The translations under genes and the position numbers were made by a program. Shown here in pieces: positions 27,264 through 37,083 of a DNA stretch of 64,000 bases. The notes beneath the pieces are model-generated. The model was not told where the DNA came from. It searched no databases and saw nothing but the letters and a program-made list of their open reading frames with translations. Every line of letters begins with the position of its first letter. Position 1 is the first letter of the stretch. Location: positions 1 through 64,000 of the IMG/VR virus record IMGVR_UViG_3300005471_000011. One strand, given 5' to 3'. The DNA comes from a virus.

Positions 27264-28602
27264 TCCACCGCAATGCGAGCCCCCGCTGAAGCTTGTATGG
27301 ATGTCGCCATCGGACTTGGCCGAGAATCCACAAAACTGGAGGACTCATCCGGAATCGCAGGCGGGAGCGTTGTCGGAGGTGATCGGAGATGTTGGGTGGG
27401 CTGGCGTGTGCTTGGTGAATTCCAGGACAAACCGTCTCATCGACGGTCACTTACGAAAGAAGATCGCGCTCGCCCGTGGGGACGAGCGAATCCCTGTCTT
27501 GATCGGGGATTGGAGCGAAGAGCAGGAGAAGCGAATACTCTTAACTTTGGACCCAATCGGGTCTATGGCGACAGCGTCCAAAGAGCAGCTCGACGCATTG
27601 TTGCGAGAGGTGTCGGCGAGCGGCCAGGACACAGCTCGCATGCTGCAGGGGATCGCGAAGGCGAACAAGATCGACTGGGCGGCCATCGCTACAGCTAACC
27701 CAGCGATCACAGCAGGGTTTCCAAGCGGCCAAGTTATTGAGGATGAAGTGCCGGAGCCTCCGGCGATCCCAGTGGTTCAGACTGGAGAGCTATGGCTGCT
27801 CGGTGAGCACAGGCTTCTCTGTGGAGACGCAACGAATCCAGAGGACGTTCAGCGAATCTTAAATGGCAGCAAGGTCTCCTGCGTCTTCACCGACCCACCC
27901 TATGGGGTCTCTGTGGCGGCGAAGAACCGTCTGCTAAACACCGTCCAGCCTTCTGGACGGTGTTTAGCAGACGTCGTGGACGACGATCTATCTCCCGAAG
28001 ATTTGGAGGCGCGGTTACTCCCTGCGTTTGTCAATATCCGAGAGCTTGCGATGGCTGACGACTGCACGGTTTTCCTGACGGCTCCCCAGGGAGGGGAGTT
28101 GGGTATGATGATGATGATGATGCAAAAGGCGGGCCTGAAGGTTCGTCACGTTTTGATTTGGGTCAAGAATCAGCCGACGTTCTCGATGGGGCGGTTGGAC
28201 TACGACTACCAGCACGAGCCGATCTTGCTGACATGGCTCGCGCGTCACAAGCGACCAATGGCGGGCCAGCACCGGACGAGCATCTGGCCAATCAACAAAC
28301 CAAGAGCATCTCCAGACCATCCGACGATGAAGCCTGTTGCTCTTTACGCCAACGCCTATTTGAACAACAGCGACCAAGGCGATTGCGTTTTTGATCCCTA
28401 TTGCGGGAGTGGAACCGCATTCGCCGCAGCGGAGCAGGTAGGGCGGAAATGCAGGGGAATCGAGGTCGAGCCAAAATACTGTGATGTGACACTCCAGAGG
28501 TGGCAGTCGCTAACTGGCAAGCAGGCAATCCGCGAGGATGGGATCGCCTACGACACCCTCCGAGCAGAAGCCAACTTGACGCAGCCAGCGCCAATCAGCT
28601 AA
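27256..28602 (+). CDS. ParB-like N-domain fused to an N4/N6 DNA methyltransferase
   Basis: NPQNWRTH, LIDGHLR; TDPPY, HPTMKP, DPYCGSGT. Confidence 0.9.
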   Translation: MNNPPQCEPPLKLVWMSPSDLAENPQNWRTHPESQAGALSEVIGDVGWAGVCLVNSRTNRLIDGHLRKKIALARGDERIPVLIGDWSEEQEKRILLTLDPIGSMATASKEQLDALLREVSASGQDTARMLQGIAKANKIDWAAIATANPAITAGFPSGQVIEDEVPEPPAIPVVQTGELWLLGEHRLLCGDATNPEDVQRILNGSKVSCVFTDPPYGVSVAAKNRLLNTVQPSGRCLADVVDDDLSPEDLEARLLPAFVNIRELAMADDCTVFLTAPQGGELGMMMMMMQKAGLKVRHVLIWVKNQPTFSMGRLDYDYQHEPILLTWLARHKRPMAGQHRTSIWPINKPRASPDHPTMKPVALYANAYLNNSDQGDCVFDPYCGSGTAFAAAEQVGRKCRGIEVEPKYCDVTLQRWQSLTGKQAIREDGIAYDTLRAEANLTQPAPIS

Positions 28603-28638
28603 TTTATCTCTTCGTCCCGCTAAGCCTCAAAGCCTCGA

Positions 28639-29433
28639 ATGACCGGCCTCATGGGTTGGCAAAGGAACCGCAAGAAGCAGCGCCATCACCGGCGCGGCGG
28701 CAAGTCGGTTCATTCAGACCAAGAGCCACGATCTTATTCACGCAACGGCCGGGGTGGCGGGCGTCGCAAGTACCAGCATGCCGAGCGCGTGGCAAGGGAA
28801 ATCGACGAGAAAGTTCCCGCCCCAGGTGGTGACCGGGTCATAGTCCCGACGGCCGCCGGGCCAGAAATACCGCCCGTGGTTGCACAGGAGCCGCAAACGG
28901 GCGTTGCAGCCGACAATTCGGCTATCGGGGCAGGGGGCGACCCGCCAATGCCGAACACGGCACTTCTGGAGTCCCAAAGCCAAGTGGTGCCGGACACGCG
29001 ATTGCTTAGGCGTGCCGTGCGGGACAAGCGGTTCAAGACCCCCAAGGAGCTAACGGAGGGCGTGCTTCGCAAGTTGGGGCACCAGGCGTTGGGGCTACCG
29101 TGGCGGAACCCGGTGACCGGCGAGGAGGAAAAAAGCGGCCAGTACACGCCGGCGCAATTGAAGGCGGCGGCAGACACGCTGATCGGCGTGGAGCGGATGA
29201 ACCAACATGACGAGCACCATGACGACCGGCAGGAATACGACGCCAAGCGGCTGGAGTATTACGACCGCGCGCTTGCCTTGCGTGCCAAGATGCCGATCCC
29301 GCTGATGGGTGCTCACATGCACCGGGACGCAGACGGGTCCACGGATGTTTCGGTCATGGTTTACGTTCCGGACAACGGGCGCGACCCGGACGGCATCGAG
29401 CCGGTTGACATGCCACCGGAGCTGCTGGAGTGA
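28639..29433 (+). CDS. putative terminase small subunit
   Basis: Directly upstream of TerL; C-terminal VYVPDNGRD. Confidence 0.55.
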   Translation: MTGLMGWQRNRKKQRHHRRGGKSVHSDQEPRSYSRNGRGGGRRKYQHAERVAREIDEKVPAPGGDRVIVPTAAGPEIPPVVAQEPQTGVAADNSAIGAGGDPPMPNTALLESQSQVVPDTRLLRRAVRDKRFKTPKELTEGVLRKLGHQALGLPWRNPVTGEEEKSGQYTPAQLKAAADTLIGVERMNQHDEHHDDRQEYDAKRLEYYDRALALRAKMPIPLMGAHMHRDADGSTDVSVMVYVPDNGRDPDGIEPVDMPPELLE

Positions 29434-31049
29434 ACGAGCCAGCCAAAATAATCGGACCCCAGAAGGGACCGCAGACGGTTTTCTTATCGAGCAACGCCGA
29501 TATTGCTGTGTACGGCGGTGCTGCTGGCGGCGGAAAGACTTTTGCTCTGCTGATGCAGCCGTTGCGGCACATCAAGAATCCCGGCTTCGGAGCCGTGATC
29601 TTTCGGCGCACGAACCCGCAGATCGTCGCCGAGGGAGGAATGTGGGACCAGTCCCACCAGCTCTACAGCTACATCAAGGACGCCAAGCCTTACTACGGGC
29701 AGTCCCGGCAGTGGGTGTTCCGCAGCGGAGCGAAGATCACCTTCGCGCACATGGAGCACGAGAAGAACAAGCAAGACTGGGACAGCTCACAGATTCCGCT
29801 GATCGAGTTCGACGAGCTGACCAGCTTCTCGGAGAGCATGTTCGTTTACATGCTGACACGCAATCGCTCGACGTGCGGCATCAAGCCATACATGCGGGCG
29901 GCGTGCAATCCGGACGCGGAATCGTGGGTCGCCAAATGGGTGGAATGGTGGATCGACCAGGACACCGGTTATCCGATCCTGGAGAGGTCGGGGATCATCC
30001 GGTGGTTCGTGCGCGACGGCGACACGATGCTTTGGTTCGCCGACAAGGCACAGGCGGTTCATTGGCTGCTGGCAAACCGAGAGTTCAAAGGCGCCAAGAC
30101 GCCGCAGGAGCAAGCGGAGGCAATTCCAAAGTCGTTCACGTTCGTTCCCGCCAACCTAGACGACAACAAGATCCTGGACACGATCAATCCAGAGTATCGC
30201 GCCAACCTTTTGGCGATGACCCAGGTGGAAAGGGAGCGGTTGCTCAAGGGCAACTGGAAAATCCGCCCATCCGCTGGCCTGAAGTTCCCGCGCGACAAGT
30301 GGGTGACGACGATCCAAGGCAACCCAATCATCGCGGTGCCGCCGGGGCTTCGCTTCTTGCGGTTCTGGGATAAGGCATACACCGAGGGTGGTTCCGGGGC
30401 GCGAACGGCAGGGGTGCTGATGGGAGAATTGTCCATCCACCAAGCGCGCGCCCAAGGCTTGCCGCAGTTCTGGATCGTTCACGGAGAGGCGGGAAGGTGG
30501 GGCGACGCGGAGCGCGAATCCAACATGCGCATGCGGGCGGACATGGACCAGAAGATGTACGGCAACGTCATCATCGGGATCGAGCAGGAAGGCGGCGCCG
30601 GCAAGCAGGCAGCCAGAGCATCGGTCGTCAACCTTGCCGGCCATTCGGTCTATTCAGAACATCCGACGTCAAAAAAGCATCTCCGCTGGACGCCGCTCGC
30701 CAGCCAGCAGCAGATCGGAAACGTGGCAATCGTCACCGACGGGTGGGACTGGGCGCAATTCGTCCGGGAGCTGGATGCGCTCGCTGGCGACGAGGACCTC
30801 GACAAAAACAAGCTGCGAGACTATGCCGACGCCGCCGCCGGCGCTTTCAAGGGATTGACCAATACAACAGGAATGGTGCTTGGCGAATTGATGTGCAGCG
30901 GCGACCCGGAAGAAGAAGCCGAATCCAGGCGGCCATTCACTCCAAAAGAGATCGAGGAGCTACCCGATGACCTGCGAGAGCTGATCGAAGAAACCAACGC
31001 CGTGGTCAAGGAGCGAGGCGAGCACCGCTGGAACCAGGACGACTGGTGA
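29430..31049 (+). CDS. terL: terminase large subunit
   Basis: YGGAAGGGKT, FDELT, CNPD, RFWDKA nuclease start. Confidence 0.92.
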   Translation: MNEPAKIIGPQKGPQTVFLSSNADIAVYGGAAGGGKTFALLMQPLRHIKNPGFGAVIFRRTNPQIVAEGGMWDQSHQLYSYIKDAKPYYGQSRQWVFRSGAKITFAHMEHEKNKQDWDSSQIPLIEFDELTSFSESMFVYMLTRNRSTCGIKPYMRAACNPDAESWVAKWVEWWIDQDTGYPILERSGIIRWFVRDGDTMLWFADKAQAVHWLLANREFKGAKTPQEQAEAIPKSFTFVPANLDDNKILDTINPEYRANLLAMTQVERERLLKGNWKIRPSAGLKFPRDKWVTTIQGNPIIAVPPGLRFLRFWDKAYTEGGSGARTAGVLMGELSIHQARAQGLPQFWIVHGEAGRWGDAERESNMRMRADMDQKMYGNVIIGIEQEGGAGKQAARASVVNLAGHSVYSEHPTSKKHLRWTPLASQQQIGNVAIVTDGWDWAQFVRELDALAGDEDLDKNKLRDYADAAAGAFKGLTNTTGMVLGELMCSGDPEEEAESRRPFTPKEIEELPDDLRELIEETNAVVKERGEHRWNQDDW

Positions 31050-31077
31050 TTGCGGCGGCACTGCCAAGCTGTAAAAT
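31050..31077 (+). promoter_or_regulatory. putative promoter
   Basis: TTGCGG-N16-TAAAAT followed by GCTGGC, as at 7869 and 16342. Confidence 0.5.
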
Positions 31078-31100
31078 GCTGGCTCAAAGGAGCCTCACCC

Positions 31101-31649
31101 ATGTCAGAGATTGACCCGAATGCTGTTGGATCGTCCGAACCGCCACAAGCCACCGGCAAGCCTGCCGACGTCAAAGGCAGAACCGTCGGCATCAAGAAGT
31201 GCGATTCCTGCGACGGCGCGCACGAGGGCGTGGCGATGCAAGCCTTCGTCCGCCAGAACTCGCCGTTCACCCATTGGTTCACGTGCCCGGTTACGGGTGA
31301 TGCAGTGCCGGTTTCATTGGTCGGATTGACCAGCGGCGACGCGATCAATCTGGAAAGCCGCGTGCTCCAGCGGTTCGTCGAGGCACAGATCTCCGGGCGC
31401 TACGTCGTGCTGGTATCCTTCGTTAATGCTGAAGGCAAGCTGATGTTCAACTGCATCAATAACCATCTTCCGCACGGGGATTACTTCGGTGAGCCGGGGC
31501 GTAAGGGGTTGTTCGACCTAATCCGCGACGCTTTCGAGAACATCGTTGGTCCGCAGCAACCCAAGGAAATGAAGCAGGCGTCTCCGGTGCCGGTCAGCGC
31601 GGGCGTCATTCCAGGTCTGGAGCCGAACATCAACCATCTTCCAGGCTAA
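31101..31649 (+). CDS. hypothetical protein
   Basis: AAAGGAG RBS. Confidence 0.6.
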   Translation: MSEIDPNAVGSSEPPQATGKPADVKGRTVGIKKCDSCDGAHEGVAMQAFVRQNSPFTHWFTCPVTGDAVPVSLVGLTSGDAINLESRVLQRFVEAQISGRYVVLVSFVNAEGKLMFNCINNHLPHGDYFGEPGRKGLFDLIRDAFENIVGPQQPKEMKQASPVPVSAGVIPGLEPNINHLPG

Positions 31650-31651
31650 CA

Positions 31652-31924
31652 ATGCGAGCAGCATGGAAGGCGGCATTTCACTCCGTGATCCGGTTCATGG
31701 CATGGCTACTGCGACGCGCCGCCGATGAATCGCTGGTAATACAATTGGCGGACCTGCGCCAAGAGCTGGCCAGCGAGAAGTCCAAGCGAACCATCGTAGA
31801 ATACGAGGTCGAGCTGCTCCACGGCAAGCTGCGGCGCATCCAGGAGCACGACAAAACCGACGCGGAAATCTCTGTCATCCGGCGCGGGTTAGTGCGCCGC
31901 GAAGAGGAAGCGAGGCCCGAATGA
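31652..31924 (+). CDS. coiled-coil hypothetical protein
   Basis: ORF in operon. Confidence 0.55.
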   Translation: MRAAWKAAFHSVIRFMAWLLRRAADESLVIQLADLRQELASEKSKRTIVEYEVELLHGKLRRIQEHDKTDAEISVIRRGLVRREEEARPE

Positions 31925-32045
31925 TCACCGCAATCCTGATTGCCCAGGTGCTGGGATTCGTCATCGGCTGCGGGCTTGCGCTGGCGGCTTTCTTCTATAT
32001 CGCCTATAAACTCTCCAGGTGAGCTAATCTCCCTGGAGAGCAGTC

Positions 32046-34604
32046 ATGGGATTCGCCGAATGCAAACAGCGCCGTGATGGCGAACTGATGGTTGTTGAGC
32101 GCCGCGCCTATTCCAGCGGATCACCCGGCGGGCTGTCTGAAATGATCAGCGGCACTGGGGGCGCGATCAACCTCGCGCAAGGCTACCGCCAGCAGGCGAA
32201 ATCCCGCGAGGCGATGCGCCACTTCAAGGGCTGGGTCTGGTCCGCGACCACCTTGATTGCCAAGCGCTGCGCCGGGCAGCCGTGGATGGCGGGGCACTAT
32301 GAAGAGTCACCACCCGACGCCGGCAAGCGTCCCGGCAGGCTGGGAATCAAGCGGTATATGCGGTATGACAAGGGGCTGATTCCCAGGCTCCAGCGCAAGG
32401 CACCCCAGCACGCGGAAGTCGAGCCGGACCAGAACCATCGCGTGCTGTGGGACTTGGATCGTCCCAATCCACAGCAGGGCAAGTTCGAGCTAGTCTATTT
32501 CTCGGTGCTCAACCTGCTGCTGACCGGGGAGTGGTTCTGGGTTGGCGGCATCAAAGAAGCGGACGACGATACCGACGCGGAAGACGACCGCCAGGTTGGT
32601 GAAATGGAAGTATGGGCGGTCCCATCCGCGTGGATGTCGCGCGATGAGGAGACGGGCGGCTGGAAGATGCAGACGGGCATTGGCGCCGAGGAGATCAAGC
32701 TGCCCAAGGAGAACGTGGCGCGCGGCTACTTCCCGGACCCCAGCGATCCCAAGGGCTGCGGCTCGCCGCTGGCATCTTGCATTCAGGCAGTGCGGATCGA
32801 CGAGTACATCCTTTCCAGCCAGGAACAGAGCTTTGCACGCGGCATCGACCCCAAGATTGCGCTGGTCGTCGGTTCCCAGCCAGGACCGGACGGTGGCAAG
32901 GGCACGCGCCCCAGGCTGGTAGGCGCCCAGCGCCGGCAGATGATCCGCGCCATTCGGCAAGTGTGGTCCCAAACGGTCAATGCGGGCGACCCGGCAATTT
33001 TGGATGGATTGATCGAGGACATCAAGAAGCTCCAGTTCGCGCCCAACGAAATGGATTGGCAAAACTCCGGCAAGATCATCAAGGACCGGATCATGCAGAC
33101 GTTCGGCGTCAATCCGATCACGCTGGGGGAAGTCACGCCTGCCAACAAAGCGCAAGCGGTCGTTGCCGAAACAAACCTTTGCACCAACGCATTGAATCCG
33201 ATCATCGAGAACCTGTCCTGCGCAGCTTCGGAGTTCTTCACGCCGTTCTATGACGATGGCAGCAAGCTGGCAGTCTGGCTGGAGAAAGCCATTCCCAAGG
33301 ACGATGAGCGGGAGGACAGACAATGGTCAGACGCACGCAAGAACGGCGACGTCACTGGAGAAGAAGTCCGCCAGCGTTTGGGATTGGAGGCAAAAGAGGA
33401 AGCGGAACGCAGCGTGCTACTGAGCAATCCCCAGGCGATGACGACGGTCGCCAATATCGCTGCGCAGGTCAGCGGCGGAACGCTGGAGCGGGAGGCGGCG
33501 GTAGCGATCATCGCCGAGTTCTTGCAGATCGCGCCGGAAGTCGCCGAGAAGATGATCCCGGAGCAGGGCGAGCCACCGGCAGCACAACCAGAGGCAAAGC
33601 CGCTTGGCGGCAGTGACGGGAAAAACTCGGCCGCAATGCGTTCGCCTTGGTCGATACGTGCGGTGAGCTTAAAGTCTTTCCGTGGCAAGATTGCCAGGGA
33701 GTTCGTCAAGTCCGCGCACGCGGCACAAGCAGATCGCCTAGAGCGTTCGATGGCGGCACCCATCGCCAAGTGGGTCAGCGACTCGGTCGATCACGCGATG
33801 GCCGGGATATTCGGTGCGCAATGGCTGCCCAGGCCAACCGAGGCCAAGGCGCAGGCAGACGCGCTGCTGGCGGCGCATTTCAGCGTGGACCGATGGACGG
33901 GCGAGCTGGCGAAGCTGCTGGGCAAGCCGTCCTCTCGCGCGTTCGTCGAGGGAGCCATCGCCGAGCACCGCATGGCACAGGCAGCGCTGCGGCGCAGGAA
34001 CCGCGACAAGGCAACCGCTGGCGAGTTCGCGTCCGAAGTCACCGGGGAAGTCTGGTTCGACGTGGATATCCCGGAATGGATCATTTCAGCAGCGCGAGCG
34101 TTCTTGGATGCGGCGTTCAACCAACCCTATTGGCTAGAGGTGGCGCAGACGACGCTCAACGACATGGCGATAGCTCTCGGCAATGCCATTTTTGAGGGCA
34201 AGAGCATCCCGCAAATTCGAGACGCGCTGATCGAGCAGTTCGGCTCGGCATACGGCAAGGCGCGAGCGACTTTGATCGCACGGACGGAAGTCGGCGGAGC
34301 GCTGAATGCGGGTGCCATCGCTTCGATCAAGCACACCTACGAGGGAACGGACCTGAAGCCAACCAAGGTCTGGCAATCGGTGCTCGGGCCAACGACGCGG
34401 GAGGAGCACGCGGACGCGGACGGTCAGGAAGTTCCCGTCGATGACAAATTTACCGTTGGCGGTGAGCTATGCGACCATCCCGGTGATGTTAGCTTGTCAA
34501 TTGGAAATCGCGCGAATTGCCAATGTTTCTGCACAGCAGGGCTGGTAGGCGCAGAACTATCAGACGAGGATGCGCAGCGGATCGAGGAAAGCATCGAAGA
34601 ATGA
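32046..34604 (+). CDS. portal protein fused to a MuF/head-morphogenesis domain
   Basis: HK97-like portal motifs (L.RPNP, LLLTGE, G.SPL, I...FGVNP..LG); C-terminal RA..IARTE...A.N.G, K.WQS....TR.EH...DGQ, NCQC. Confidence 0.85.
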   Translation: MGFAECKQRRDGELMVVERRAYSSGSPGGLSEMISGTGGAINLAQGYRQQAKSREAMRHFKGWVWSATTLIAKRCAGQPWMAGHYEESPPDAGKRPGRLGIKRYMRYDKGLIPRLQRKAPQHAEVEPDQNHRVLWDLDRPNPQQGKFELVYFSVLNLLLTGEWFWVGGIKEADDDTDAEDDRQVGEMEVWAVPSAWMSRDEETGGWKMQTGIGAEEIKLPKENVARGYFPDPSDPKGCGSPLASCIQAVRIDEYILSSQEQSFARGIDPKIALVVGSQPGPDGGKGTRPRLVGAQRRQMIRAIRQVWSQTVNAGDPAILDGLIEDIKKLQFAPNEMDWQNSGKIIKDRIMQTFGVNPITLGEVTPANKAQAVVAETNLCTNALNPIIENLSCAASEFFTPFYDDGSKLAVWLEKAIPKDDEREDRQWSDARKNGDVTGEEVRQRLGLEAKEEAERSVLLSNPQAMTTVANIAAQVSGGTLEREAAVAIIAEFLQIAPEVAEKMIPEQGEPPAAQPEAKPLGGSDGKNSAAMRSPWSIRAVSLKSFRGKIAREFVKSAHAAQADRLERSMAAPIAKWVSDSVDHAMAGIFGAQWLPRPTEAKAQADALLAAHFSVDRWTGELAKLLGKPSSRAFVEGAIAEHRMAQAALRRRNRDKATAGEFASEVTGEVWFDVDIPEWIISAARAFLDAAFNQPYWLEVAQTTLNDMAIALGNAIFEGKSIPQIRDALIEQFGSAYGKARATLIARTEVGGALNAGAIASIKHTYEGTDLKPTKVWQSVLGPTTREEHADADGQEVPVDDKFTVGGELCDHPGDVSLSIGNRANCQCFCTAGLVGAELSDEDAQRIEESIEE

Positions 34605-34933
34605 TAGACGCACTAGTCGGTCATCTCGTCGGCGATTATCTGCTCCAAAATGACTGGATGGCGGCAGGCAAAAAGCGGTCGCACTTTATTTGCGCGGTTC
34701 ACGTCGGCATTTACACGGCGGCTGTTTGCATCATGGCACAGTGGCCGCTCTGGACCATCCCGGCAGTCTTCATCCCGCATTTCCTGATTGACCGCTGGCA
34801 ATTCGTGCCGTGGTACATGAAAACAATCAGGCAGCCGTTTATCGACAACAATCTTTGACCACGGAGCCATCGGCGGCTCCATGAAAACGTGTTTCACATT
34901 CTCTGCCTCTGGATCACTTGGAAGTTCACGTGA
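34601..34933 (+). pseudogene. DUF3307 membrane protein disrupted by a 45-bp inversion
   Basis: GHLVGDYLLQNDWMA..K, HFLID; re-inverting 34841-34885 restores ...APWSKIVVDNVFH... Confidence 0.75.
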
Positions 34934-35613
34934 AGCCCTTCGACATTGCCGCGATCATCAACGACGCCGAGTACATGCGCTACGTGCGCAACGTGCTGCG
35001 TCCGGCACGCATCGGCGGAATGCGGCGGCGAGCCATTCTCGCGGCGCTCTATCGCGCGTGGCAGGCATCCGGCTTGCCGTCAATCACCGGCGTCGAGGTC
35101 GGCGTCAAGCACGGCACCATGTCACACCAGGTTCTGGCGCACCTTCCATGCGTCTCCAAGCTGGTCATGGTGGACCCCTGGGAAGAATACCCACAGGACC
35201 ACAAGGACCGCGCCAAGTACAACTACGCCAGCCGGGACAACTCCGCATGGGAGCAGCTCTATCGCCGGGCTTCTAGTCACGTGGCGCAGTTCGGCGACCG
35301 CGCGGACATCTGGCGCATGACCAGCGTGGACGCGGCACGCAGATGCTTCGAGTCACAGGACCAGCATTTCTTCGTGTACCTAGATGCGCGGCACCAGTAC
35401 GACGACGTTCTGGAGGATTGTGAAGTCTGGTGGGATAACGTGCTTCCGGGCGGCTTGCTCTGCGGGGATGACTTTTACCCGGCAGGACATGATCGCCGCC
35501 CAAGCGCCATGCAAGTGAGCACGGCTATCGAGGAGTTTGCGCGGCGCAAGGGCCTGCCGGTGGTGCCTCTGCACCGCAACTTCTTCATTGCTAAACCGCT
35601 AGTTGACGGTTGA
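34930..35613 (+). CDS. class I SAM-dependent methyltransferase (Methyltransf_24-like)
   Basis: GVEVGV..G, VDPW, FVYLDARH.Y..V..D...WW..V.PGG.L.GDD. Confidence 0.85.
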   Translation: MKPFDIAAIINDAEYMRYVRNVLRPARIGGMRRRAILAALYRAWQASGLPSITGVEVGVKHGTMSHQVLAHLPCVSKLVMVDPWEEYPQDHKDRAKYNYASRDNSAWEQLYRRASSHVAQFGDRADIWRMTSVDAARRCFESQDQHFFVYLDARHQYDDVLEDCEVWWDNVLPGGLLCGDDFYPAGHDRRPSAMQVSTAIEEFARRKGLPVVPLHRNFFIAKPLVDG

Positions 35614-35631
35614 TAGCGGAGTCTGTAAAAT
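35603..35631 (+). promoter_or_regulatory. sigma70-type promoter
   Basis: TTGACG-N17-TAAAAT. Confidence 0.7.
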
Positions 35632-35719
35632 ACACGCGCTGCCAAGACCATTACCCGCGATGACCGTCGGGAGCGTGACAGCCGGCAGCAAGTAGGTTTT
35701 CGGGGGCTGTCAGCGCTGA

Positions 35720-35968
35720 ATCCTTGCACGCCAAGCCTGCCGAACGGTCACGCTACTTGCCGAGGCACCCAGGCTGAACGCGCAGTGCCGCGAGATCTTG
35801 GCGCGTCTCCAGCAGGGGCGGGCCAGCAACCGAGAGTTGGCGGCAATTGCGCTGAAATACACGGGCCGGATCAGTGACCTGCGCAAGCCGTCAGCGGGCG
35901 GTCACAAGATCGTAGTCGTGGAGCGAAATCGAGAGACCGGACTAACGTGGTATGAGCTGCAACCATGA
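35720..35968 (+). pseudogene. winged-helix protein frame lacking an obvious start codon
   Basis: PRLNAQCREILARL...SNRELAAIALKYTGRISDLRK...TWYEL; stop coupled to the kdsB ATG. Confidence 0.5.
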
Positions 35969-36747
35969 AAATTTTGGTAATTATCCCAGCCCGCCTGGAC
36001 AGCAAGCGGCTGCCGCGCAAGCTGCTGCTGAGTGAGACGGGCAAGCCGCTGATCCAGCATGTAATCGAAAGATGTTCGCAATCAGTGATCGGACGCACTC
36101 GTGACGACCTTGGCCGGTTCAACATCGTCGTCATGTCTCGCGATCCTGAGTTGCTGAGCATTGCCGGAGAATGCGGCGCGGCGGTATGGCTGTGCATTCG
36201 CGAGTATCTCAATGGAACAAGCCGGGCAACGGAGCTGTTTGAAGATTGCGCCGTCTGCCTGGGCTGGGACGTGGTATGCATCGTCCAAGCCGACTACCCA
36301 GAAATCCATCCCGAGCTAATCGACCAAGTCATCAGCGAGCTAGAGCGGCATCCCGAATGGGACTGCGCGACGGCGGCAGAAAAACTAAACATCGCGAATG
36401 CGGACGCGCTGCAATCGGCGGATCGTGTCAAGGTTCTACTGACCCCTGACGGGATGGCGGCGGACTTCACGCGGCACCCGCTTTACGACCTGCGTCTGCG
36501 ATTCAAGAACGGAAATTACGTCGTAGCAGGCCCGCACGTCGGCATCTACGCTTATCGCCGGGACGCATTGCTCCGCTACGCAGCCGCCGGCCCGTGCGAG
36601 CGAGAGGTTAGCGAGTCGCTGGAGCAACTGCGGGCGCTGCACCTGGGAATGCGAATGGGCGTGGTGCTGACTGGCCATGCACCGGCAGGCATCGACACCC
36701 GCGAGGACTATGAAGCGTTTGTCGCACGCTGGAAGGCAAAGCAATAA
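35965..36747 (+). CDS. kdsB: CMP-KDO synthetase-like cytidylyltransferase
   Basis: IIPARL.SKRLPRK.L, NGTSR, HVGIYAYR, ESLEQLRAL, GIDT.EDY. Confidence 0.88.
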   Translation: MKILVIIPARLDSKRLPRKLLLSETGKPLIQHVIERCSQSVIGRTRDDLGRFNIVVMSRDPELLSIAGECGAAVWLCIREYLNGTSRATELFEDCAVCLGWDVVCIVQADYPEIHPELIDQVISELERHPEWDCATAAEKLNIANADALQSADRVKVLLTPDGMAADFTRHPLYDLRLRFKNGNYVVAGPHVGIYAYRRDALLRYAAAGPCEREVSESLEQLRALHLGMRMGVVLTGHAPAGIDTREDYEAFVARWKAKQ

Positions 36748-37083
36748 ATGGTCACGCGCGATGACATGCTGGTAGCCTCAGACCTGCTCCAGGATCGCGG
36801 CTTTGACTCTGCGGCAATGCTGCTGCGCTGGCACGCGGAAGTGATGGAGCCTGGGCACGAATACCAGGACGATGCGTGGCGACAGGACTGGGAGCCGGAT
36901 TTGTCATCGTCGAGCGAGTCAAGCGAATCCAGCACCAGCGAGCTAAGCACCAGCACGAGTTCCACGCCGAGTTCTTCTAGCAGCACCAGCAGTCCGATAA
37001 GTTCATCTTCAGACCCGCCAATGCGCAGGCAGCGAATGCGAGCACGGCGGGCAACGGCTAGGCGAAGGATCGGGCGACGATAA
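36748..37083 (+). CDS. small protein with a Ser-rich core and an Arg-rich tail
   Basis: Abuts the kdsB stop; ~38-aa Ser/Thr tract. Confidence 0.6.
   Translation: MVTRDDMLVASDLLQDRGFDSAAMLLRWHAEVMEPGHEYQDDAWRQDWEPDLSSSSESSESSTSELSTSTSSTPSSSSSTSSPISSSSDPPMRRQRMRARRATARRRIGRR

Noticed and set aside
28104-28122. (ATG)n repeat in the methyltransferase as a phase-variation tract
   Set aside because: A trinucleotide unit keeps the frame; it simply encodes poly-Met.
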